32,000 bases of DNA. Source: an uncultured archaeon. GTDB lineage: Archaea > Asgardarchaeota > Jordiarchaeia > Jordiarchaeales > Jordiarchaeaceae. The position numbers and the translations under genes were made by a program. The notes beneath the pieces were generated by a model. The model was not told the origin of the DNA. It saw only the letters and a program-made list of their open reading frames with translations, and searched no databases. Positions 16,632-25,009 of this stretch are shown here, one piece after another; within the stretch, counting starts at the first letter, position 1, and the number at the start of each line of letters is the position of its first letter. The DNA is taken from the NCBI GenBank assembly GCA_964510585.1, contig CAZECW010000060.1, positions 37,721 to 69,720 of the forward strand. Reading direction: 5' to 3'.

Positions 16632-17093
16632 TTAAATTGGCTTAAAATAATCAATGTCCAGAATATTTCCCTCTCGCTGATCCTTGAATACTGCTTGCAC
16701 ACGCATACCGGGTTTAATCTTATCTAGGTCCACTTCTCCAAGGATGTGAACAATATTGGTGTCCGCTCCATCAAGTTTAATGATGCCGTAGGCCAACGGT
16801 GGCTTCTTGGGCAGGTTGGGGCTGGAGCGATAAGTAACAGTGTAGGCAATCAAAGTGCCCTTGTCTCCAACCTCTACCCATTCATTGGTCTCCGCCATAC
16901 ACTTCCCACAATATCTACGTGGAGGTACCAGAATTTGGCCGCATTTGGGACACTTAACTCCCATAATTCTCTTGTTATCCCTAAGCTCTATGAAGAACTT
17001 GCTAGCAACGCGCCCCACACTATAGCTGAAGGGCAAAACAATCCTTGTAGGTAGTATGACAGCGTCTTCCTTCTCACTCATTTTTAGTCTCAC
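16632..17093 (-). CDS. DUF35 Zn-ribbon/OB-fold acyl-CoA-binding protein
   Basis: CPKCG...PPRRYCGKC Zn ribbon, GTLIAYT, IKLDGADT, GMRVQAVF, GNILDIDYF. GTG overlaps the upstream stop (GTGA); alternative ATG at 17081. Confidence 0.9.
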   Translation of the reverse strand: MRLKMSEKEDAVILPTRIVLPFSYSVGRVASKFFIELRDNKRIMGVKCPKCGQILVPPRRYCGKCMAETNEWVEVGDKGTLIAYTVTYRSSPNLPKKPPLAYGIIKLDGADTNIVHILGEVDLDKIKPGMRVQAVFKDQREGNILDIDYFKPI

Positions 17094-17584
17094 TCCTCAA
17101 TTGTTCTAAAGAAAATAATGTCCGTGATGTTTCCTTCAAGTTCTTCTCTCCAAACGGCTTGAACCCTCATTCCGATTCTCATCTTGCTTAAATCATTCTC
17201 TTCCAGAAAGTAGTTGATTGTAGTATCTGCGCCGTCCAGTTGAATGAGAGCCATCCCGTAAGGCACTGGCCTAGGCTTCCCAGTTCTAGGGTCTACGAAT
17301 GGCTGATAAACTACAGTGTAGGCTTTAACCGTCCCCTTATCGCTAATCTCAGACCACCCATCTATCTTCTTGTAACATTCGCCACAGATGAGGCGGGGGG
17401 GCAGATAAACCCGGCCGCAACTTGAACATTTGGCACCTAAAATCTTTCTCTCCTCTTTCCAAGCTCTATAAAATTTAGTATAGTAACTACCTCCAGACCA
17501 GCGGTACTCAAGATTCATATTTATGGAAACCCTAAGAAGATCCTTCTCTTCTTTTACTTCTTCCTTACCTTCACCCTTAGACAT
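17090..17584 (-). CDS. DUF35 Zn-ribbon/OB-fold acyl-CoA-binding protein
   Basis: CSSCG...PPRLICGEC, GTVKAYT, IQLDGADT, GMRVQAVW, GNITDIIFF. Confidence 0.9.
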   Translation of the reverse strand: MSKGEGKEEVKEEKDLLRVSINMNLEYRWSGGSYYTKFYRAWKEERKILGAKCSSCGRVYLPPRLICGECYKKIDGWSEISDKGTVKAYTVVYQPFVDPRTGKPRPVPYGMALIQLDGADTTINYFLEENDLSKMRIGMRVQAVWREELEGNITDIIFFRTIEE

Positions 17585-17596
17585 ATTTTTTGCCTC

Positions 17597-18754
17597 CTAT
17601 AAATGGCTTGATAAAACCATCATATCACACCAAGTGTAAACACCGTATCCGTGAACTAGGACTGTTTCAACATCAGGCACCTGCCTCTTACCACCCTTTC
17701 CATGAATCTGCAACGCTCCCTCCGCAGCCCTGATAACTCCTGAAGCACCCACAGGATTTGTGGATAGAACTCCCCCGGAAGGGTTTACGGGGAGCTCACC
17801 GTCCATTGAGGTAACGCCCTCATCCACTAGTTTGCCAGCTTCCCCTTCCTTACAGAATCCCATAGCTTCGTACCATGCCATCTCAGCATAAGAAACTGGC
17901 TCGTATATCTCAGCAACGTCGAATTGTTTCAGAGGGTTAGTTATGCCTAACTTTTTATAGATTATATTGCAGCACTCGCGGATGGTTCTTATGGTGGCCA
18001 ATCTGTTTATGTGATCCCCTAAATAGGGGGTATCGTGTCTGGTAACCGCAGCTTTAACCCAAGCGGGGTTTTCACAAAGTTCTTTTGCCTTCTTCTCGGA
18101 AGCATAAATAATTGCGCAGGCGCCGTCGGACTGTGGACACATATCAAACAAATGAATGGGATAAGCTATGTACCTTGAGTTCAAAACTTTTTCAACGGTT
18201 AAATCGGGAATGTGAAGGTGGGCATAGGGATTGTTCAAAGCGTTCTTCCTAGCTTTAACAGCAACTTTGGCAGCTTGCTCCTGTGTAACTCCCCTAGAAG
18301 CCATATATTCTGTTATGGAAAGTGCGAAGTTTCCAGGCGCAGCGGAGGCCACTGGTCTATCCCAGAAGGGATCGGCAAGAGCCATACCGGCAAATGTGTG
18401 GCCGTCAGAGTGTTTTTCGAATCCCACAACCATCACAATATCAAAGAGCCCCGATGCAGTAGTGTAATATCCGGCTATGGCTGCAGAGGAGCCTGAAGTG
18501 CCCCCAGTAGCAATCTTTAACTGGTGTTTCAGGTAGGCGCCAGCCCCTTCCGCAACCCACATGTCTGGAAGAGCTCTACCCTCAAATAGCTCCATATTAT
18601 CTGTTATCACCGCATCTATATCCTTTATCTCTAATTGAGCATCTTCTAGGGCTCTACTTGCAGCTTCGAATACCATTTCTGCTTGATTAGCATCATTCCT
18701 TTTACTTACATGCTTGGTTTGGCCCGTTCCAATAATGGCTACATTTCTCTTCAT
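17597..18754 (-). CDS. Thiolase-fold (SCP-x type) protein lacking catalytic Cys, Ltp3-like putative aldolase subunit
   Basis: IIGTGQT, DMCPQSDGACA, DVAEIYEP, PVNPSGGVLSTNPVGASG, RQVP. The nucleophile position reads ATGGTSG (no Cys) and GHP is replaced by TNP. Confidence 0.88.
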   Translation of the reverse strand: MKRNVAIIGTGQTKHVSKRNDANQAEMVFEAASRALEDAQLEIKDIDAVITDNMELFEGRALPDMWVAEGAGAYLKHQLKIATGGTSGSSAAIAGYYTTASGLFDIVMVVGFEKHSDGHTFAGMALADPFWDRPVASAAPGNFALSITEYMASRGVTQEQAAKVAVKARKNALNNPYAHLHIPDLTVEKVLNSRYIAYPIHLFDMCPQSDGACAIIYASEKKAKELCENPAWVKAAVTRHDTPYLGDHINRLATIRTIRECCNIIYKKLGITNPLKQFDVAEIYEPVSYAEMAWYEAMGFCKEGEAGKLVDEGVTSMDGELPVNPSGGVLSTNPVGASGVIRAAEGALQIHGKGGKRQVPDVETVLVHGYGVYTWCDMMVLSSHL

Positions 18755-18773
18755 TTAAGGGACACCTCCTCAA

Positions 18774-19931
18774 TCATCTGCCCACAATAACCACGCAGTG
18801 CATTTGCCCACAGGGACCGGTAGTCCCATGTGCCAGCGCTGTTTCTACTTCAGGCACTTGGCGTTTACCTGCTTCACCCCAGCACTGCTCTACAGTTTCA
18901 ACCAGTCTGGTTAAACCTGCCACGATGTAGGGGTTTCCTGCAAGCATACCGCCTGAGGTATTGACTGGTAGCTCTCCGTCCATTTCAGTTATTCCCTCAT
19001 CTATGAGCCTTCCGGCGTCACCTCTTTTACAGAAGTCCAGTCCCTCTAACCATAAAAGTTCCTGATAGGAGAAGGGTTCTGAAATTTCTGCAACGTCAAT
19101 CTCCTTCAAGGGCTTATTGATACCTGCAAGTTCATAGGCTCTCTTGGCAGCTATGGTTAATGCGGAACACTCGGTAAGGTCTCGGTCGCCGAGGTAGTGG
19201 GAGTCGTAGCAGTTGCCCATTCCCTTAATCCAGACTGGTTCTCTCCCCTTTTCCCTAGCTATTTCCTTAGCTCTCTTCTCCGATGCCAGAATCAAGGCAC
19301 ATGCACCATCCGAAACAGGAGCTGCTTCAAGGGATTTGATGGGGTAAGATAATATTTCTGATTGAAGAACGTCGTCCACACTTATGTTCATCGGTTGGTA
19401 GGCGTAGGGATTATTAAACGCGTTTCTATGATTTTTAACTGAAACCTTAGCAAAATGCTCCTCAGACAAGCCGTATTTATTCATGTACCAACTTGCCTGT
19501 AACCCTGCAGAAGAGAGATAATCTAACCCCAACATCTGCTGGTAAACAGGATCAAAAACCCAATTAGTAATATCGTAGTGAGTACCCCTGGAACCTAAAC
19601 AGTGGGCTACAACCATGACAACGTCAAAGTCGCCCGATAGAATATTTAAAGCTGCATGGAAGGCGGCCAGAATGCCGTCGTCGGCAACTCTGGTTTCTGA
19701 ACCCATAACGCCCCCAACCACTTCAGTGAGGAATGCGCCAGAAGCAGTGGCGCCGTCCCAGAGGTCTACAGAGGCGCTCACAGTGTTTTCGATGTCCTTT
19801 ATGTTTAGACCTGCATCCTCCAGAACCTTGGTTACAACCTCGTAAGCAACTTCGGGAATGGTTTTATTCAGCACTAAACCATATTTTGATTGTGCTGTCC
19901 CAACAATACCCACTTTTTCTGGTAGACCCAT
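18774..19931 (-). CDS. Thiolase-fold protein lacking catalytic Cys, Ltp4-like putative aldolase subunit
   Basis: VGIVGTAQ, APVSDGACA, DVAEISEPFSY, PVNTSGGMLAGNPY, AHGTTGPCGQ. The nucleophile position reads VADDG. ATG at 19931 has an AGGTG SD and is preferred over the ORF-track start at 20030. Confidence 0.87.
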   Translation of the reverse strand: MGLPEKVGIVGTAQSKYGLVLNKTIPEVAYEVVTKVLEDAGLNIKDIENTVSASVDLWDGATASGAFLTEVVGGVMGSETRVADDGILAAFHAALNILSGDFDVVMVVAHCLGSRGTHYDITNWVFDPVYQQMLGLDYLSSAGLQASWYMNKYGLSEEHFAKVSVKNHRNAFNNPYAYQPMNISVDDVLQSEILSYPIKSLEAAPVSDGACALILASEKRAKEIAREKGREPVWIKGMGNCYDSHYLGDRDLTECSALTIAAKRAYELAGINKPLKEIDVAEISEPFSYQELLWLEGLDFCKRGDAGRLIDEGITEMDGELPVNTSGGMLAGNPYIVAGLTRLVETVEQCWGEAGKRQVPEVETALAHGTTGPCGQMHCVVIVGR

Positions 19932-19965
19932 TCTTCTACACCTAGTAGTCACTTGTTTTGGGAAT

Positions 19966-20766
19966 TCATTTGTCCTTGAATTCCGCCTTTCTTTTTTCCA
20001 AAAAGGCGGCCATTCCTTCCCTTGTATCAAAAGTTGTGAAATTTATTAGAACAGTGTTTATGGAGTAGTCTATTGCTGTGTCTAGGTCGGTTGTCATCCA
20101 TTTGTGAATGATGTCCTTCTGTGTGGCGAACACCGTGTTGCTATACCTTGTAAGTGTGTCTACCCACCGCTGAACTTCTTTGTCCAGTTCTTCTGGTGGC
20201 ACCACTGCATTAACTAGTCCCCGCCGCTCTGCTTTTTCAGCATCCCAAAATTTTCCTGTAAGAGCCAGTTCTCTTGCGCCCATTATGCCAATAGCTTGAA
20301 CCAGAATTGCGGCTTCCACAATGGCTGGGATTCCAACCTTGATGTTGGGAAGGCCGAACTTGGAGCGGTTAGTGGCAATTATGAAGTCGCATGAAATTGC
20401 TAGTTCAAGTCCCGCCCCTAAACAGTAACCGTCAACAGCGCATATGATGGGTCTTTCACAGGTTCTACAGGCGAGAAAGGTTTTGTGTAATTGCTTGGGA
20501 ATCTCTCTTTGCTTCCAAACTTCGCTGGGAAGGCTTACAAAATCGATGTCTGTTCCGGCGCTGAAAGCCTTATCTGTGGTGGATTTGATGACTATTACCT
20601 TTACTTCATCATCTTTTTGAAACTCTTTCAGTGTTTCCTCTATTTCGACTAATAGGTCCATGTTGATGGCGTTCAATTTTTCGGGGCGATTCAGAAATAT
20701 TCTACCTACCGGAGGATCTTTTTGGGTGATTATTGTTTTGAGTTTTTTCTCTTCTTTTACTACCAA
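19966..20766 (-). CDS. Enoyl-CoA hydratase/isomerase-family protein (second Glu replaced by Asn)
   Basis: FSAGTDI, GAGLELAISCD, FGLPNIKVGIPAIVEA. TTG start with an AGGAGG SD. Confidence 0.9.
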   Translation of the reverse strand: MVVKEEKKLKTIITQKDPPVGRIFLNRPEKLNAINMDLLVEIEETLKEFQKDDEVKVIVIKSTTDKAFSAGTDIDFVSLPSEVWKQREIPKQLHKTFLACRTCERPIICAVDGYCLGAGLELAISCDFIIATNRSKFGLPNIKVGIPAIVEAAILVQAIGIMGARELALTGKFWDAEKAERRGLVNAVVPPEELDKEVQRWVDTLTRYSNTVFATQKDIIHKWMTTDLDTAIDYSINTVLINFTTFDTREGMAAFLEKRKAEFKDK

Positions 20767-20902
20767 CGAAATATGCCTCCTTCTAGAGTTAGTTTGTGTA
20801 AAATATACATTCTAATATACTCTTAACTTTGGAATTATATGTCCTATTGGATATTGGAGTTTTGTATCCTTGCAATTTTGCCATAAAAATCTTTTGTGAT
20901 TT

Positions 20903-22642
20903 TTATAGCACTCCGAGGAAGAATCGTTCAGGGTCAAAGATTCTCAAGAGGAATAATTCTTGTTCGGATGGCGGTTCAATTTTTTCAAGAGGGTCTGCTA
21001 ACTCAACCTTCCATCCAGTGTTCTGTATAATTTTTTGAATCATTTCACTCTCCGAAATTCCTCTTTGAGCATAGTATTTTTTCAGAACCATAATTCCGTG
21101 TTCTTTTTCGAAAACTGCATGTGAGGTTATGATTTTGCTAACCTTTTCCCCGGGACATGTTATGTAGGGCACCTTATCTACAAGACGCTCTTTGTTTTGC
21201 ACCATTATCACCATGGTCTCCCTAGCTCTAGCAACTATGTCGTTGGCGCCCCCACTGCCCACCAGTGTAACTCCATCAGTTCTTGTTGAGTTAATGTTTC
21301 CGTACTTGTCAACTTGTCCAGCAGACAGAATGGCCATAGACTTGGGATAGTTGACATTTATTCCAATAGAACCCACCAAATCGGTTATCATTTTGCATGT
21401 GGGTATGTTTGCCATAGTAAATATGAATGGGTCTGTTGGTTTTGGAAGATATCCAAACATGCCCCACTCCACGAGTAGATCTACCAGAATGTTCTCAGAT
21501 CTTAGTGTGTGGGTTGCCAGCCATGCAGCTAAGTTTGCCATGCCGATTCCTGCAAGGAGAATCTTGTAATCTTTACTTTTTATCGTTTTAACTAGTTCTC
21601 TGGAAGCTGTGACGATGGCTCTTTCCTCTTCGGTAAAATTATTGAAACTAGGCATATTACGTATAGTGTGGGGAAGCAGCTGCTTCCAGGAGTCGGGGTT
21701 ACCTCTCCCCCTAAGAATCATCAGTCTCTCGAAGCCTAGTTTGTTCAAGTAACCTTGAAAGTTTCCAACATCATAAATCCACTCTTTTATCCACTTTTGC
21801 ATAGTCTCCTCTTTTTTACTGGCATTATTTAATTCGATATTAAAGGGAATATCTTGGTAATAGCTTGAGCCGTCAGGAGCGTAGAAAGAGAAGGGGTGAG
21901 CTCCAAAAGGAGTCTCACAAACAGCTTTTACAAAGTGGCCGGGAATATCAACCATTGGAGCGTTTTTCCTAATGAAATCCGTTGAAACAATTTTCTCAAC
22001 TGTTACTATTGCCCCATTACGGCTAGCATAAGCGCCGTAAGCTCTTTCACTCATAGGTAACCCTATTATAGTGTTCCCATTTGGGTCGGCGCACCAAGCA
22101 TGGAGTATAGAGAAGTCGGGCTTCACAGCCTTGAGTAAACCCACTTTTTCCCCACTTCCAAAGGGATCATCAATGACAAGGAAGCTATCTTTTAACTCCT
22201 TCTCCATAGTTGAACCTATCATAGACTTTGTGGGTATAAACTTGACATCCAGAGCTCCCGCTAATAGTCTTAGAACTATGGAAAGCATTGACCAGTGCTC
22301 CACTTCCATGCCCTTATCAATAGCTCTCTGAAAGGCCCTTGAAGGAGAGGGGGCTGGAAAAACATTACCCATATAGCTTGCTATCAGCTTTTTTATTAGA
22401 TTCGATGCCGCGAGTATCTGAACTTGCAGGGCGCTTCCTAAACAAATTATTTCAAACTGCGGATTCTTGTCTCTGAACTGTCTACATATTTCGCTTATGG
22501 CACTAAATGAACTCCTATTAGTAGATATGTGTAAAAACATTTTAGGTCGTATGTATTTCTTTATTGCTTCTTCCAAGGGGAGAACTTTGCTCTCTCCTTC
22601 GTAGAGCTCTGTTTTGAAAATGTCTTCATACTCTTTAGACAA
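20903..22642 (-). CDS. Family I CoA-transferase, fused alpha+beta subunits (GctAB-like)
   Basis: Alpha half: LHAWCADPNGN, TVEKIV, PFGAHP. Beta half: AGIG, LLVEWG, SAGQVDKYGNINST, VGSGGANDI, VPYITCPG. Confidence 0.88.
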   Translation of the reverse strand: MSKEYEDIFKTELYEGESKVLPLEEAIKKYIRPKMFLHISTNRSSFSAISEICRQFRDKNPQFEIICLGSALQVQILAASNLIKKLIASYMGNVFPAPSPSRAFQRAIDKGMEVEHWSMLSIVLRLLAGALDVKFIPTKSMIGSTMEKELKDSFLVIDDPFGSGEKVGLLKAVKPDFSILHAWCADPNGNTIIGLPMSERAYGAYASRNGAIVTVEKIVSTDFIRKNAPMVDIPGHFVKAVCETPFGAHPFSFYAPDGSSYYQDIPFNIELNNASKKEETMQKWIKEWIYDVGNFQGYLNKLGFERLMILRGRGNPDSWKQLLPHTIRNMPSFNNFTEEERAIVTASRELVKTIKSKDYKILLAGIGMANLAAWLATHTLRSENILVDLLVEWGMFGYLPKPTDPFIFTMANIPTCKMITDLVGSIGINVNYPKSMAILSAGQVDKYGNINSTRTDGVTLVGSGGANDIVARARETMVIMVQNKERLVDKVPYITCPGEKVSKIITSHAVFEKEHGIMVLKKYYAQRGISESEMIQKIIQNTGWKVELADPLEKIEPPSEQELFLLRIFDPERFFLGVL

Positions 22643-22717
22643 GTTTAAACCCTCATATCCGATTTTATTTGTCTTAACGATTTCCTCATTTTATGGGAAC
22701 CGAGATTAAATGCATAC

Positions 22718-23764
22718 CTAGATTTGAATCACAATTCTAATGGGGTTTCCCACCTTTTTCTCCAATCTTTCCAGTCCCTCATTTACCTGTTCAAGTTTTA
22801 ACACCTGACTAATAGACCGTGAAAGATCAAGCTTCTTCATTTTAATTAACTCCAATATTCGGTCAATCTCCTCCTTGTTGCTGCCAAACGAGCCCATAAC
22901 CTGATCTTCGCAGTAAACGAATATGTAGGGTGAAACCAGTTCTATTTTTTCTGGCCCAATTCCCACAATGACCGCTCTTCCACCTTTTCGAATACTTTTA
23001 ACTGCTCGGTCTATGGTAGTCGCCATTCCCACGAATTCTAAAGCCAAGTCCACACCCTTGCCCCCTGTGATTTCGCTGATTCTTTTACCCGTTTTCTCCC
23101 TAGCAGAATTTATGGTGAAGTCAGCTCCCAGCATCTTGGACCTTTCAAGAATTTCATCAGAAACATCTATAGCAATAATTTTGGAGGCCCCAGCCAATTT
23201 AGCTATCTGTATTGCGTGAGAGCCTAAACCTCCACATCCAAAAATAGCTACGGTCTCACCTAACCTTAGGTTTCCACGGGTGATTATCGCGTGGTATGGA
23301 GTTGCGACAGCATCACCAATAATGGCGGCTTGTTCGAAGGGAACACCCTCTGGTATTTTTGTAAGACAATTTTTAGGTATTTTCAGGTAATCTGCCAAGC
23401 CACCATCTACGTGAAGACCCAGTATTTGAGCATTTACACAAAGCGCTTCGCGACCACTTCTACACGCGTAGCATGCGCCACACGTGATGGAGGAAATAAC
23501 TAGAACTTTATCTCCAATCTTCCATCCTTCCACCCCTTCTCCTATTTCCGCGATTTCTCCAGCTATCTCGTGTCCCAGAGTTATTGGTGTTTTTGCGGGG
23601 GGAATGGTGCCGTCGCGGGCTATGTGCACATCTGTGCCACAGATCCCACAGGCCTTAACTTTTATCAGCACCTCTCCCGCCCCAATTTTGGGAATAGGTA
23701 ATTTTTCGATAGTTAGGGGTTCGCCGGCTTTGTAGAATCTTGCGGCTCTCATAGTAGCTTCCAT
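22718..23764 (-). CDS. Zn-dependent alcohol dehydrogenase (MDR superfamily)
   Basis: CGICGTD, GHEIAG, structural Zn CGACYACRSGREALC, GCGGLG. Confidence 0.93.
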   Translation of the reverse strand: MEATMRAARFYKAGEPLTIEKLPIPKIGAGEVLIKVKACGICGTDVHIARDGTIPPAKTPITLGHEIAGEIAEIGEGVEGWKIGDKVLVISSITCGACYACRSGREALCVNAQILGLHVDGGLADYLKIPKNCLTKIPEGVPFEQAAIIGDAVATPYHAIITRGNLRLGETVAIFGCGGLGSHAIQIAKLAGASKIIAIDVSDEILERSKMLGADFTINSAREKTGKRISEITGGKGVDLALEFVGMATTIDRAVKSIRKGGRAVIVGIGPEKIELVSPYIFVYCEDQVMGSFGSNKEEIDRILELIKMKKLDLSRSISQVLKLEQVNEGLERLEKKVGNPIRIVIQI

Positions 23765-23789
23765 TAGTCACTAGCACTCCTATACTTTT

Positions 23790-24638
23790 TTAAAGCTTGA
23801 ACACCTTTATGGCATTATCTCTTAGGAGTTTTTTCTTTACTTCGTAGCTTAAACCTAGTTCGTCAATCTCTTTAAGGCATCTCTTGAAGTCTAGAAGGGG
23901 ATAATCAGTTCCCCAGAGGACTTTATCCTGCCCCCAGGTTGCCACGAACTGTTTGAATGATCCGGGCCAGAATTTGGGTGCACGAGCAGAGGTGTCTATA
24001 TAAACATTTGGAAATTTCCACGCTAAAATCATCATTTCCTCATGCCAAGGCTGACCAAGATGTCCGCCAATTATTTTCAGCTCAGGGAAAAACAAAGCAA
24101 CCTCATCCAAGTATATGGGTCGCGCACACTCTGATGGCAAAAGCGGTCCGGTGTGACCTATCTGGATGGTAACCGGTATGTCAAGCTCGACACATTTTGC
24201 ATAGATAGGATAATAGTATTTGTGATTTGGAGGCAAACCCACAATGCCGTCCGCATACTGGTAAGGCTCCAACTTGATGGCTTTGAAATGCAAGTCGTTC
24301 ACTATTCTCTCCACTTCTCTTACAGCCTTCATACCATCGCGTGGGTCAACCGTACCACAGCCTATGAATCGGTCCGGAAACTTGTCGCAGATTTTGGCAA
24401 CATCATCGTTGCTCACTCCAACTCCCTTGTATTGGAATGCGGAGGCAATCAGCTTATCTACTCCAGCTTCGTCCATCTCTTGGATTATTATTTCAGGATC
24501 TACGCCTTCCAAGATTTTGTGAGATGCCTTGTACCGGTCAAAAATATGGGTGAACTCAGGCGGCCAGGTGCCTTTTATCTTACCAACACCAGCCCAAACA
24601 TCAATAGCTCCTATCCTAGAAGACAAATCTATCACCAC
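23790..24638 (-). CDS. Amidohydrolase_2-family protein (paralog 1)
   Basis: IDVW, EMDEAGV, PDRFIG, QIGHTGP, FPELKIIGGHLG, NVYIDTSA, KVLWGTDYP, NAIKVFKL. Confidence 0.9.
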   Translation of the reverse strand: MVIDLSSRIGAIDVWAGVGKIKGTWPPEFTHIFDRYKASHKILEGVDPEIIIQEMDEAGVDKLIASAFQYKGVGVSNDDVAKICDKFPDRFIGCGTVDPRDGMKAVREVERIVNDLHFKAIKLEPYQYADGIVGLPPNHKYYYPIYAKCVELDIPVTIQIGHTGPLLPSECARPIYLDEVALFFPELKIIGGHLGQPWHEEMMILAWKFPNVYIDTSARAPKFWPGSFKQFVATWGQDKVLWGTDYPLLDFKRCLKEIDELGLSYEVKKKLLRDNAIKVFKL

Positions 24639-24851
24639 ATCAAACGATTTTTAGTCTGTAGCAAATTTGGGAACTACTATATAGCTTTAATTGTTTCGAA
24701 AATAAGCCCTATCTTATTTTTTAAATATTAATCCACTATCGACATTTAAAACCTGTAACCTAGCAGATGTTTCAAAAGTTTATAGAGTAAGCATAATGTA
24801 AAGGCGTGTATTCTTTTGTTTTATTGAGTGGAAGTATCCTGCTAGACTTCA

Positions 24852-24912
24852 GTGATGACGCTGGATCTGGAAGTTTTGTACCTCTAAAGACAGTTAAAAG
24901 GCAATATGCTGA
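24852..24912 (+). ncRNA. Candidate box C/D guide sRNA
   Basis: Consensus box C GTGATGA (24852-24858) and box D CTGA (24909-24912) span 61 nt in a 370-bp intergenic region. Internal D'/C' boxes are not convincing. Confidence 0.2.
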
Positions 24913-25009
24913 ACCCACTTAGAATGTATGCCTTCTTCCATTGCAACGCCAAAATTCAAAAAGTATATATATTAAGATTTCGCGTCCTAGACAACCTTTC
25001 GTTTAAGGT

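Noticed and set aside
19932-20030. N-terminal extension of the Ltp4-like protein in the ORF track
   Set aside because: It overlaps the upstream crotonase stop region. The ATG at 19931 has an SD and begins the conserved thiolase-fold N-terminus.
20903-22642. IpdAB steroid C/D-ring hydrolase assignment
   Set aside because: The beta-half Glu of true CoA-transferases is present, and the alpha-half segment reads EHWSML without the acidic residue I recall as the IpdA catalytic base. It is treated as a CoA-transferase pending alignment.
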